A stretch of DNA of 64,000 nt from an uncultured Elusimicrobia bacterium (GCA_964358485.1 CAYHPY010000009.1:294-64293); one strand, 5' to 3'. Counted from the stretch's first letter, positions 37,591-46,570 are shown. Program-made: numbers and translations. Notes: generated by a model from the letters alone, not told the origin.

Positions 37591-38109
37591 ATGAAAAGAA
37601 CCATTCTCGGTTTGGCGGCCGCGCTTCAGCTTGTGGGTTCCGGGGCCCTGTGGGCCGCCGCGAACGCTCCCCTGAAGGCCTTGTCCGACATCTCGGCGGG
37701 CGGCAGCGCCGTCCAAGGGAAATACTTCGACGGGGGCGCTCCGGGCGCGCCCGGCGCCGACGCGGTGGTCCCCGGCGGGTCCCATGGGCTCCAAGGCCCG
37801 CAAGACCCCGCCCTGGACGCGGCTCGCGAACGGGAGATTCAGCGGCTCCTGAAGGAACCGGTCCCGGCCCCGCGGCTCTGCAAGGAAAAGGGCGTCGAGT
37901 GCTGCGGCGCTCATCAGCCCGACGGCCGTCGGACCGGCGGTTATTCGAGCTGGAAAATCAGCTTCACGGGTTGGAACATCTTCGGCGCGGTCGTGGGCGC
38001 GCTGGTCGGAGCCGCGGTGGGCTTCCTGGTGGCGGGGCCGGTCGGCGCGGTGCTTGGAGGCCTCGCGGGCGGGGCAGTCGGTGGATATGTCGGTGGGATC
38101 TTCCGATAG
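37591..38109 (+). CDS. Exported protein with C-terminal glycine zipper
   Basis: Signal peptide; GAVVGALVGAAVG...GAVLGGLAGGAVGGYVG. Confidence 0.7.
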   Translation: MKRTILGLAAALQLVGSGALWAAANAPLKALSDISAGGSAVQGKYFDGGAPGAPGADAVVPGGSHGLQGPQDPALDAAREREIQRLLKEPVPAPRLCKEKGVECCGAHQPDGRRTGGYSSWKISFTGWNIFGAVVGALVGAAVGFLVAGPVGAVLGGLAGGAVGGYVGGIFR

Positions 38110-38190
38110 GGGGACGTCTGGGGGTGGTCGCCGAAAATTTCGTTGGCGAAAGTGAAATTATTATTTATCTATCTTTTTAAAAGATATTTT

Positions 38191-39474
38191 CTATTCTCCA
38201 CGACCAGGACCGCCTAGAAGGGCGGTTTCCACCGTTCCAAGGGCTCGGTGGAGGTCCAAGAGGGCGCGCTGACGGGCGTAGCGCGCCTTCGTCCTTTCCG
38301 CCTCGGCCGAACGAAGGGTCGAGGCCGAATCCAACAAGTTTAGGTAGGGGTCCATGCCGGCTTCGTGCCGCTTGGCGGTCCGGTCGTAGGCGGTCCGGGC
38401 GGCCTCCACCCGAGCCTCGTCGGCTTCCAGGACGGATAGGGCGGCCTCCGCGGCGTCGAAAGCCAGGGAAGCGCTCAAGGCGGCCTCGTCCGAGGTTTGT
38501 TGCAGGCGGCCTTTCGCCGCGGCGGTCTTGGCCCGGGCGCCCTGAGAGGCCGCCAAGGATTCCCCCCCGCCGAACAAATTCCAACGGGCTTGCAGATACC
38601 CGTAGGACTCCCGCCTGACTTGGTGAAGGGTCTCGGGGGTCTGGATCGAGCCACGCTGGGCGGCGCCCGCGACCAAGGCGGGCGCCCAGCGGCCGTCGGC
38701 CGCGGCTTGCGCGCGCCGTGAAGCCTCCAGGGTTTGGAAGGCCGCCCGAGTCCGGGGATTGGCGAGGCGGGCGGCCTCCGCCAGGGATTTGCGGTCCCCG
38801 CCCGGGACGGGAAGGGGGAAGGGCGGAGAGAGACCGTCCTCCAGGTTCAAGCCGGTGAGCATTTCCAGCCTGTGGCGGGTTTCGGCCAGGAAACGGCCGG
38901 CCTCAATGAGGTCGGCGGAGGCTTTCTTGGCTTCGGCTTCGGCCCGGCGCAAATCGGCGTCGGAGAGAACCCCCGCGTCGGCTCGTTTTCTCGCGGCCTC
39001 CCAATGGCCCTGCCGCCGGGAATTTTCCGCCTCGGCGTACTGCAGGGCTTCCCGGCGTTCCTGCCAATCGAAGCTCAGCCAAGCCGCCCGGTAAAGAACC
39101 TCCTCACGGGCCGCCTTGGTTTGGCTTTCGGCCGCGCGGTGGAGGGCGGCGGCTTCCCGGTAGCCGCCCAGCAGGGAGCCGCCCTGGAACAAAGTTTGCT
39201 CGGCCTTCACCTCGACTCCGGCTTCCCGGCCCGGACGCAGAATGCCCACCGGAAAGGCCGGGCGGGCGTCCGCCCAGGAGGTGAGCCCGGCGGTGGTGTC
39301 GATCCTCGGGAGCATGGGCGCGGCGGAGCGTTTCGCCTGCCACGAGGAGGTCCGTTCCTCGGCGTGCGCGATGTCAAGCTCGGGCGCGCGGGTCACCGCC
39401 GCTTGAAAAAGGGGCGTCGGAGGCACCGGTCCCGCCAGCGCCCCGGCGGCGAGCAGGAGCAGTAAATTGTTCAT
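38191..39474 (-). CDS. TolC family outer-membrane efflux protein
   Basis: Two OEP-like halves (EQTLFQGG, WNLFGGG); operon with MFP and ABC genes. Confidence 0.88.
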   Translation of the reverse strand: MNNLLLLLAAGALAGPVPPTPLFQAAVTRAPELDIAHAEERTSSWQAKRSAAPMLPRIDTTAGLTSWADARPAFPVGILRPGREAGVEVKAEQTLFQGGSLLGGYREAAALHRAAESQTKAAREEVLYRAAWLSFDWQERREALQYAEAENSRRQGHWEAARKRADAGVLSDADLRRAEAEAKKASADLIEAGRFLAETRHRLEMLTGLNLEDGLSPPFPLPVPGGDRKSLAEAARLANPRTRAAFQTLEASRRAQAAADGRWAPALVAGAAQRGSIQTPETLHQVRRESYGYLQARWNLFGGGESLAASQGARAKTAAAKGRLQQTSDEAALSASLAFDAAEAALSVLEADEARVEAARTAYDRTAKRHEAGMDPYLNLLDSASTLRSAEAERTKARYARQRALLDLHRALGTVETALLGGPGRGE

Positions 39475-40304
39475 TTCCCGTTCCCCTTGATCCTAACTTC
39501 CGCCGACAACCCCGGACGCAATCCCTCTTCCGTTTGCAGTTCTATCAATACTTCTAAAACTTTCCCATCCAGCCGTTCCTTCGGATCATCGGACCTGAGC
39601 CGTCGGCGCCCTAGAATCCCGCTCATGGAGACCACCTTCCCGGGCACTTCCCTTCCCGGATAGGCGTCCGGCAGGACGACGGCGGAATTTCCGGCCGCGA
39701 TCCGCTCGATGTCGAGCTCGTCGATCTCCGCCCGCACCCGCAAGGTCCGGATGTCGCCGATGACAAACAGAGGGCTTTCCCCACGGGCCTCGATGCTTTC
39801 CCCGGGTTCCAAATAAGTCTTGAGGATTTTTCCGGAGAACGGGGCCTTCATGTTCCGCTCCGCGAGCGCGGCCGCGGCCTTGTCCCTCCGCGCGCGGGCC
39901 AGGCGGAAGGCCCCTTCCGCGTCGTCGGATTCCTGGTCGGAGGCCACCTTTTGGGCATGAAGGATTTTTATCCGTTTGTGCCGGGCCTCGGTTTGAAAGA
40001 CTTCCGCCTCGGCTTCCAGCAGGGCCGCTTTTTCGGCGTCGTGGTCCAGAAGCAGGACCAGCTCCCCTTCCTTGGCCCACTCGCCTTCGGTTTTGAGCCA
40101 CTTGAGGATTCTCCCCCCTCCCTTGGCGCGGATGGAGGCTTCCTTAAGCGCCTCGATCTTGCCGGTGGCCGAGATCTCCCCGGCCGAGCCCCGCGCGGCC
40201 GGCGCGGGATGGGGAGCCGGCCGGGATTTGGCCGACCAGGTGAGGGCCCCCGAGCCGACCAGGACAAAAATCGCCAACGCCCAAATTTTTCCATTTAAGC
40301 TCAT
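39471..40304 (-). CDS. Efflux periplasmic adaptor (HlyD/MFP)
   Basis: ISATGKIE, KAPFSGKI, AEIDELDI and LRPGLSAEV. Confidence 0.9.
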   Translation of the reverse strand: MSLNGKIWALAIFVLVGSGALTWSAKSRPAPHPAPAARGSAGEISATGKIEALKEASIRAKGGGRILKWLKTEGEWAKEGELVLLLDHDAEKAALLEAEAEVFQTEARHKRIKILHAQKVASDQESDDAEGAFRLARARRDKAAAALAERNMKAPFSGKILKTYLEPGESIEARGESPLFVIGDIRTLRVRAEIDELDIERIAAGNSAVVLPDAYPGREVPGKVVSMSGILGRRRLRSDDPKERLDGKVLEVLIELQTEEGLRPGLSAEVRIKGNGK

Positions 40305-40999
40305 ACCGCGCCTCCGGTCCTGCTTTGTTCGGTGAGTCGTCCATCTTCCATCGTGTACAGCCGGTCCATGAATTCCGCCAGCCTGGGGTCGTGGGTGACG
40401 ACCACCACGGCCGCCCCGGACTCCTTGGCCCGGCGGACCAGAAGCTCGATGACCGACCGCCCGTTCTTGGCGTCCAGGGCTCCGGTCGGTTCGTCGGCCA
40501 GGACATAAGAGGGATTGCCGGCCAGGGCCCGGGCGATGGAAACCCGTTGTTTTTGGCCGCCGCTCAAATCCTCGGGAAGAAATTCCATGCGGTCGGAAAG
40601 GCCGACGGCTTCCAGGGATTTTTCCGCCTCCGCGCGGGCGGCGTCCGGCTCAAGCCCCCGCAGGCGCAGGGCCGCCTGCACGTTCTCCGAGGCCGTCAGG
40701 GCCGGGAATAAATTGAAGTGTTGGAACACGTAGCCGATCTTGGCGCGGCGCACCCGCGCGGTTTCGGCCGAAGTGAGGGAGGAGAAGGCCCGGCCCTCGA
40801 CGAGAACGTCTCCCCGGGTGGGCGCCAGCATTCCCCCCAACATGGTGAGCAAGGTGGTTTTCCCGGAGCCCGACGGGCCCATGAGCGCCACCACTTCCCC
40901 GGGGGCGGCGGTCATGTCCGCCCCGCGGACCGCTTCCACCTTTAGATTGCCCTGGGTGTAGACTTTCCAGACCCCGCGGGCTTCGATGGCGGTTTTCAT
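40301..40999 (-). CDS. ABC transporter ATPase
   Basis: GPSGSGKTT, LSGGQKQRVSIAR and LADEPTGALD. Confidence 0.95.
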   Translation of the reverse strand: MKTAIEARGVWKVYTQGNLKVEAVRGADMTAAPGEVVALMGPSGSGKTTLLTMLGGMLAPTRGDVLVEGRAFSSLTSAETARVRRAKIGYVFQHFNLFPALTASENVQAALRLRGLEPDAARAEAEKSLEAVGLSDRMEFLPEDLSGGQKQRVSIARALAGNPSYVLADEPTGALDAKNGRSVIELLVRRAKESGAAVVVVTHDPRLAEFMDRLYTMEDGRLTEQSRTGGAV

Positions 41000-42153
41000 G
41001 CGCGAAACACCATGGCGGGATCCAAGGCCAAGGCCTTGCGGACGCTGATGATGGAGGCGCCCAGGCACATCGCCACGTCCAGGGCGAAGACCGCGGGATA
41101 CATCAGGGGCGGCAGAACGATGGTCAGGCCCATGCTGTCGAGCCAGCGGGCGCCGAACCACACGGCGCCCAGGGAGACCACGAAACCCAGGACGGCGCTG
41201 ACGCCGGCCTGCGTCCAGAGGATGACCCGCAATTCCGCGTCGGTGGCGCCCAGGGCCTTCAACGTGGCGTATTCCCGCAAATGCTCCATGGTGGCCGCGT
41301 AAATGGTCTGTCCGACGATGGCCAGGCCCACGCCCAGGGCCAGCATGGTCATCGCCATGAAGCCGAAGCCCATGCCGGTTTGGATGGTCCAATACCGCCG
41401 GGTTCGCCGACTGTAATCGTTCTTTGTTAAAACATCAACATACGGAAGTCTTTCTTGGAGCCGTTGTTTTAGCTCTTCGGCCGTCACGCCCGCTTCCGCC
41501 TTGGCAAGGACGAAGACCGTATTTCTTTCCCCGAGATAAGATGCAAGCTTTTGCGCCGTTTGATAAGACACGAACACGAAGGGCGCCGTCGTCATGGACC
41601 GAATCCCCCGGGTGAGCCCCACGATCTTGACCTCGCGTTCCATGATCTCGACCCGGTCCCCGACTCCATTGACTCCGAGCCTTTCCAGGGAGGACTCGTC
41701 CACGATCATCCGCTCGCCTCCTTGAACATCTGAAGGTTCGCCGGAAACCAAGTTCCAAGGCTCTCCCCAACCCGCTTCCGGGGAGGGGTGGTAGCCGATA
41801 AGCTCCACCTGTTCGGTTCCGCCGCCGGGGCGGCGGAGAAATGCCCAAGCGAAGATCAGGGATTTGGCCTGGGCCACGCCCGGGGTGGAGCGCACCTTGG
41901 TCAGATATCGCTCGGGGAAGGGTCTGGACCAGTCGAAATTTGGGGAATTTTTGCTCACCACCCAGACATCGGCGTCGGAGCGGTCGATCATGCAGGAGGC
42001 GTTGTGCATGAATCCCAGGTACATCCCCCCCTGCATGAAGATGAGCATGATGGCCACCGCCACCCCTCCGGCGGTGATGGCGAAGCGCACGCGGTCGTGG
42101 AGCAGGATGCGGATGGCTACGAAGCGCAGGTCGGCCGATTTCTGGACTGACAT
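40996..42153 (-). CDS. ABC permease (DevC/FtsX-like)
   Basis: RILLHDRVRFAIT, EHLREYATLKALGA and DPAMVFRA. Confidence 0.9.
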   Translation of the reverse strand: MSVQKSADLRFVAIRILLHDRVRFAITAGGVAVAIMLIFMQGGMYLGFMHNASCMIDRSDADVWVVSKNSPNFDWSRPFPERYLTKVRSTPGVAQAKSLIFAWAFLRRPGGGTEQVELIGYHPSPEAGWGEPWNLVSGEPSDVQGGERMIVDESSLERLGVNGVGDRVEIMEREVKIVGLTRGIRSMTTAPFVFVSYQTAQKLASYLGERNTVFVLAKAEAGVTAEELKQRLQERLPYVDVLTKNDYSRRTRRYWTIQTGMGFGFMAMTMLALGVGLAIVGQTIYAATMEHLREYATLKALGATDAELRVILWTQAGVSAVLGFVVSLGAVWFGARWLDSMGLTIVLPPLMYPAVFALDVAMCLGASIISVRKALALDPAMVFRA

Positions 42154-42163
42154 ATCAGTCTAG
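42142..42163. promoter_or_regulatory. Putative TetR operator 2, overlapping the permease start codon
   Basis: CTGGACTGAC-AT-ATCAGTCTAG, a near copy of operator 1. Confidence 0.7.
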
Positions 42164-42180
42164 TCTCCGGTCAAAAAAAA

Positions 42181-42801
42181 TCATCCCAGCCATCCCTTGG
42201 TTCGAATGCCCGACTCCAGCAAATCCAGCCATTGATCCACGATCCGGTCCAAATCCGGTTTTTCCTCGGGAATGATGTAGTGCAGCACGACGCTCAAGAC
42301 GATCCCCGAAAAGATCACGCTCAGGAAATGCGGGTCCACCCCTTTCTTGATGAAGCCCACCTTCTGGAACTTGGTGATGTGGTTCTGCCAATGCGAAAAG
42401 CAGGTGTAGAGCATGGCGTTGACCTTGCTCTCGAAATCCGGCTCGATGGCGTTGGCCTCCCGGAACACCACCTTGGCCAGGTCCTTGTTTTGCGCGAAGA
42501 GCTGGAACCACTCCATGAGGGATTCCCGGATGCGGGCCCGGACCATCAGGGGATTGGTGTAGGAGCGGGCCAGCTCCTTGTCCACCACGCCTTGGAACAG
42601 TTCGAAGTACCGGTCCATCACCGCGTGAAAAACCGCCAGCTTGGAGTCGAAGTAAAGGTAGAAAGTCCCCCGCGCCACCCCGGCCGCCTCGATGATGTCG
42701 GTGATGGCCGCCGACCGGTATCCTTTTTGGGCGAATACCTTGATCGCCGCGTCCACGAGCTGGCTGCGCCGCTCCTCTTTGTCTAAAACCGTTCTGGACA
42801 T
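42181..42801 (-). CDS. TetR/AcrR family regulator
   Basis: AAIKVFAQKGY...IIEAAGVARGTFYLYFDSK HTH. Confidence 0.95.
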   Translation of the reverse strand: MSRTVLDKEERRSQLVDAAIKVFAQKGYRSAAITDIIEAAGVARGTFYLYFDSKLAVFHAVMDRYFELFQGVVDKELARSYTNPLMVRARIRESLMEWFQLFAQNKDLAKVVFREANAIEPDFESKVNAMLYTCFSHWQNHITKFQKVGFIKKGVDPHFLSVIFSGIVLSVVLHYIIPEEKPDLDRIVDQWLDLLESGIRTKGWLG

Positions 42802-42803
42802 GA

Positions 42804-42847
42804 CTAGACTGACACGTCAGTCTAGCAGACCATCGCCCCAAAGTCAA
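42804..42847 (-). promoter_or_regulatory. tetR promoter with overlapping operator 1
   Basis: TTGACT-N17-TAGACT; perfect palindrome CTAGACTGAC-AC-GTCAGTCTAG at 42804-42825. Confidence 0.78.
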
Positions 42848-42902
42848 TGGTGCCGGTGGTTGACATGCTTGCTTTGCTTGCCTTGGCTAGGACGGCGGGC
42901 GG

Positions 42903-42931
42903 GAATTTGAAGAATATGAATGCCAGGCACC
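42903..42931. repeat. REP-like repeat copy
   Basis: 29/29 identical to the reverse complement of 5980-6008; a degenerate inverted partner lies at about 42849-42870. Confidence 0.85.
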
Positions 42932-42949
42932 GCGGGACCGCTGGAGTGC

Positions 42950-43378
42950 TTATTGGGAAAGGCGAACTCCGTGAACTTCGAAGCCCATGGCTTGGGCGGC
43001 GGTCCCCAATTGGAGGTCGTGGGTCAGAAAAGCCAGGTCGCTCTTTCGCTCCGCGCGGTAGAGCAAGGCGCTCGCCAAATGGATCGCGTCCAGGGTGGCG
43101 AGGATGGTTGGAAAGGGCTCCGCGGCCCGATCTAAAATTTCACGGTCCAGGGAAATGACGCTGATGAGCTCGAATATTTCCAGGAGCGCCTTTCGCTTTT
43201 CCGAGACTTCGCCGTCCTGAATGTCCCCTTGAAGGCGAAGCCGGTCCAGGGCGCGAAGCGATTCGATCAGGGCAAGTTCGCTGGTCGCGCCCTTTCCCCA
43301 ACGATTCCAGTCTTTGACCGGATCCTTTTCGTCGAGCAATTTCCTAAGAATGACCGAGGAATCCAGGTAGGCGTTCAC
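42950..43378 (-). CDS. vapC: VapC-type PIN toxin
   Basis: AYLDSSVIL, LATLDAIHLASA and FLTHDLQL. Confidence 0.9.
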   Translation of the reverse strand: MNAYLDSSVILRKLLDEKDPVKDWNRWGKGATSELALIESLRALDRLRLQGDIQDGEVSEKRKALLEIFELISVISLDREILDRAAEPFPTILATLDAIHLASALLYRAERKSDLAFLTHDLQLGTAAQAMGFEVHGVRLSQ

Positions 43379-43632
43379 CGGCGCTCCCGTTCCTCTCGCA
43401 GGAGTTTGGTGCTATCCGTCTTTTTTTTGAGCGGCCTGAATTTCATTTTATCGATGTCGCCCAACGGCTTGGCCGCTTCGCGGATGGTCAGCCCTCTGCG
43501 CGTTTCCCCCGCGGAGACGACTCTCGCCACGGGCGTTTTGCGGTCGAAAATCAAAAGCTCCCCCCCGCTCCGGACTTGCCCGAGGTAGTAGCTCAATTTC
43601 GCCTTGAGCGTGGCGATCTTAACCTCTATCAT
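43375..43632 (-). CDS. Phd/YefM family antitoxin
   Basis: VKIATLKAKLSYYLGQVRSG...IFDRKTPVARV; TTGACA-N17-TACAAT-N6-ATG promoter with an ATGAC...GTCAT palindrome. Confidence 0.88.
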   Translation of the reverse strand: MIEVKIATLKAKLSYYLGQVRSGGELLIFDRKTPVARVVSAGETRRGLTIREAAKPLGDIDKMKFRPLKKKTDSTKLLREERERR

Positions 43633-43794
43633 GACCATATTGTAGTCATAAATAGTCATATTGTCAAGACGCGGAAAGTGCCGGAGTAACCCCTCTGTTG
43701 CACCATGTAACCAGGCTGTGAATTTACAGCCGGGGGTCCCGGGGCTATACTGAACCAAATCAAATTTTCCGTGTCCTACCCTGGAGGCGATGAA

Positions 43795-44601
43795 ATGATT
43801 ACCGATGCCGCCCGTCCCGCTCCCGTCCCTCTGGGGGACTACGAAAACCGTGCCATCCTGGACGCCGCGCGAAGCCTCCCCCCTCCCCGGGCCTCGGACA
43901 TCATCATTTTGGCCCCGGTTCCAGACTTCTGCCTAAGGTGCCCGAACTGCCAATTCCTGGACGACCGCATCCGCCCGGAGTGCCATGTTTGCGGAGTCAT
44001 CTTCGCCAAATGGTCCAAGCGGACGGCGCCGGTCCCTGAGCCGGAAAGCGGGTTCTGGGGCTGGGTGGATGTAATCCTGGATTTGGTTTTGGGGAACCCC
44101 CGCAAATTGGCGGTTTTCGCGGCGGCGATGGCCGTGTTGTGGGTGGCCGACGGGCCCCGTCGCCTGCATGCGCCCGTGGCTCCGATCGCTCCGGGAGCGT
44201 GGAAGCCCGCGGGTCCATTGTCGTATCGAATCGGCTACCTCAAACCGGAAGGAATGATGGGGACTCTGCCCATTTACCACGAAGGCGACCGGGTGGGCTA
44301 TATTTTGGAGGTCAAAAACGTCGGCCCGGGGCCGATCTCGGGCCTCCGAATCAAGTCGATCCAGGAAGTTCCCGGGCGGGGAGCCAAACCGGCCCAAACC
44401 TTGTCGGACATCCGCCTCTTCGGCGCGCCCCAACTCCAGGTCGGGGAAGCCGCGCAATTCCACGGGGTTTTCACCGTGGCGGGGTTCAATACGACGGGAA
44501 GCCACACCGAATTCACCCATCTGACCTTCGACCAACGGGGGTCCACGGGAGAGCTCTTCACCTTCTCTGACATTCCCAACGCGGGAGTCATCGATCCCTA
44601 A
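43795..44601 (+). CDS. Zinc-ribbon, TM, Ig-like-domain protein
   Basis: GGAGG RBS; CPNC...CHVCGVIFAKW, a TM segment, then YILEVKNVGPGPISG. Confidence 0.65.
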   Translation: MITDAARPAPVPLGDYENRAILDAARSLPPPRASDIIILAPVPDFCLRCPNCQFLDDRIRPECHVCGVIFAKWSKRTAPVPEPESGFWGWVDVILDLVLGNPRKLAVFAAAMAVLWVADGPRRLHAPVAPIAPGAWKPAGPLSYRIGYLKPEGMMGTLPIYHEGDRVGYILEVKNVGPGPISGLRIKSIQEVPGRGAKPAQTLSDIRLFGAPQLQVGEAAQFHGVFTVAGFNTTGSHTEFTHLTFDQRGSTGELFTFSDIPNAGVIDP

Positions 44602-44605
44602 GCGC

Positions 44606-44637
44606 GAGAAAGTTAAGAAAGTGGATACCTGGCACCA
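44606..44637. repeat. REP-like repeat copy (variant)
   Basis: GAGAAAGTTAAGAAAGTGGATACCTGGCACCA aligns ungapped with 6012-6043. Confidence 0.75.
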
Positions 44638-44639
44638 AT

Positions 44640-44676
44640 AAAAAAACCGGGCGGCCGTTGGGCCGCCCGGTTTTTT
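44640..44676. terminator. Bidirectional intrinsic terminator
   Basis: A-tract, CCGGGCGGCC-GTTG-GGCCGCCCGG stem, T-tract, between convergent genes. Confidence 0.9.
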
Positions 44677-44685
44677 CTTGAGTCT

Positions 44686-45312
44686 TTAGTCGAACTTGAT
44701 GTCGGCCGGCTTGATGTCCTCGAGCTTCTTGGACATCCGGTCCCAGCGACCGCCACGGTCATGATCCGGGCGCTCGCGGCACCAGACGTTGCGTGAGTCG
44801 ATCAGGTAGTTCTGCCCTTCCTGCCGGGAATTGAAGGAACCGACGGCATGGGAGGTGGCGGCGTCCGCGAAAGCCACGCTCCAGTCCTCGTTTCCTTTCT
44901 GCCAGCTGTCTTCGGTCTCCCAGCGGCCGTTGAAGCCGCAGGAACCACCGGTGCCCCAGGACTTGCTGACGGCGCCGTAGAGCTGGATGTTGCGCCTGCT
45001 GCTGAAGTCCATGGGTTGTCCAACGTCCTTTCCAAGGACGGTGAAGTTCCAGTTGTCCGCGTTGGGCACCTTGCCGGAGAAGGTCGCGGTGCGGCCGTCT
45101 TGCTCGAGCTTCACCGTGAACTTTCGGCCGCTGGAGGCGCCGAACTCGACCTTGAGGGGGCCGGCGAAGAATTCTACGGTCTTGCCGTCCTGCGAGGCGA
45201 TGCGAACGGGGGCGGATCCGGCCAGGGTCAACTGTCCGGTGCGGGTTTCTTCGCCGCAGGCCGCCAGGAAAATGGCGCTTGCGACGGTGAGGAACATGGT
45301 CCTTCTGTTCAT
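44686..45312 (-). CDS. Lipoprotein of unknown function
   Basis: AAGGAG RBS; MNRRTMFLTVASAIFLAAC lipobox. Confidence 0.8.
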   Translation of the reverse strand: MNRRTMFLTVASAIFLAACGEETRTGQLTLAGSAPVRIASQDGKTVEFFAGPLKVEFGASSGRKFTVKLEQDGRTATFSGKVPNADNWNFTVLGKDVGQPMDFSSRRNIQLYGAVSKSWGTGGSCGFNGRWETEDSWQKGNEDWSVAFADAATSHAVGSFNSRQEGQNYLIDSRNVWCRERPDHDRGGRWDRMSKKLEDIKPADIKFD

Positions 45313-45463
45313 GGTCTCGGCTCCTTGCTGCAGGGATCCCCTGATATCAATCAAACCAGGAAGCCGGGTGGGGTCGGCTTCCTGGTTTCATCCGATTTGA
45401 GGTCGGATCGTGGATACCCCGGGGCCAATCCCCCGGGTTACAGGTTCCTTATTATCGCACCGA

Positions 45464-45519
45464 AAGGCCTGTCGGCTCAAGGGTCGGAGGGCCTAGAGAT
45501 AATTAGGTCTAAAGGCCTA
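45464..45519. promoter_or_regulatory. Boxes at 45480-45495 and 45504-45519 (weaker one at 45464-45479)
   Basis: AGGGTCggagGGCCTA and TAGGTCtaaaGGCCTA, 24 bp apart; the first is 23 nt from minus-strand TG-n-GATAAT (45456-45451). Confidence 0.7.
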
Positions 45520-45843
45520 GGCGCCTGGGCGCGCGGAACGGGGCCCCTTGGCGGGGATCGGGAAGAATCCGATGCGGATGCCGAAAGCCGCCAGGATGAG
45601 TTCCAAGGTGCCGAGCTCCGGGTTGCCGGCCGGGGAGAGAGTCTTGTACAGGCTGGTGCGGCTCAATTTGGTATTCTCCGCGAGCTTTCCGATGCCGCCC
45701 TGGGCCTGGACGACGTTTCGGATGGCCTTGAGAAGGTATCGGATTTCCCCATCCGCGGAGACGGAATTGAGGTAGGCCGCCGCTTCACCGGGGTTTTTCA
45801 ATTTGCCGAGCAAATAGTCTTTGTGAGGAATGGTTCCGATCAT
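45517..45843 (-). CDS. Addiction-module antidote protein (HTH), orphan
   Basis: LKNPGEAAAYLN...LLKAIRNVVQAQGGIGKLAENTKLSRTSLYKTLSPAGNPELGT. Confidence 0.88.
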   Translation of the reverse strand: MIGTIPHKDYLLGKLKNPGEAAAYLNSVSADGEIRYLLKAIRNVVQAQGGIGKLAENTKLSRTSLYKTLSPAGNPELGTLELILAAFGIRIGFFPIPAKGPRSARPGA

Positions 45844-45929
45844 CTTAGCCTCCCGTTCGGGGGAAGGGTTGCTAATCAAGTGTATCCTATAGACGACATG
45901 CTGTCAAGGGGCGAGGTTTCTTCCCCCTA

Positions 45930-46139
45930 CTAAACTACGACGTAAGCCGCCCGGGCGGCATGCCGAGGGACGGGGTGCCCGTCCTCTTTAAGTCCGTCCA
46001 GGTGGAAGGAAATGGCATCCCGGATGTTTTTTTCCACTTTTTCCCGGGTGGGGCCGGTGGCGATGCAGCCGGGGAGGTCCGGACAAAAGGCCGAAAAGTT
46101 CCGGCCCGCTTTTTCGATGACCACGAGGAATTTGTTCAT
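45930..46139 (-). CDS. hicB: Short HicB antitoxin
   Basis: FLVVIEKAGRNFSAFCPDLPGCIATG. Confidence 0.88.
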   Translation of the reverse strand: MNKFLVVIEKAGRNFSAFCPDLPGCIATGPTREKVEKNIRDAISFHLDGLKEDGHPVPRHAARAAYVVV

Positions 46140-46321
46140 TTTAATCCCGCCTGCTTTAGAATGCTGTTTAGCGTCCCTGGCGACAGATCGTCGCCTGGAT
46201 GGCCGGCGATCGTTACGCGGCCGGGCTTGTTTGGATGATGGAATTGCCGGTGACTCCCTCTCGTCTCGACGAGATACCAACCGTCCTTTGTGATCAGCCG
46301 TAGAACGTCCCGCAACTTCAT
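46136..46321 (-). CDS. hicA: HicA toxin
   Basis: DGWYLVETRGSHRQFHHPNKPGRVTIAGH...GTLNSILKQAGL. Confidence 0.92.
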   Translation of the reverse strand: MKLRDVLRLITKDGWYLVETRGSHRQFHHPNKPGRVTIAGHPGDDLSPGTLNSILKQAGLK

Positions 46322-46540
46322 TTTTAGTATAGCCCCTGCGGGTCGCATTCGTCAATCCCGCAATATTAATACGAGTGAGCGAGGGCTTTTGTTCCATATC
46401 AATTTTAAAATTCGACGATTTATCGACGGGCGGATTTAATCGTCCGTGGGGGCGGGGGTCCCGGTCAATCCGGTTCCTTGACCTTTCCATGTGTCGCTGA
46501 TGGATAGACGCCAAGCGGGAACGAAATCTTTCAGGCGGAA

Positions 46541-46570
46541 AGAAAGGTAAGAAAGTGGATACCTGGCACC
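46541..46570. repeat. REP-like repeat copy (variant)
   Basis: AGAAAGGTAAGAAAGTGGATACCTGGCACC, 29/30 identical to 44607-44636. Confidence 0.8.

Noticed and set aside
43733-43748. GGGGTCccggGGCTAT as another 16-bp box
   Set aside because: Weak match, overlaps the -10 rather than sitting at the fixed distance, and has no tandem partner.
46355-46540. Possible gene remnant or sRNA between the hicA promoter and the repeat
   Set aside because: Only a short start-less reading frame and a weak hairpin; nothing recognisable.
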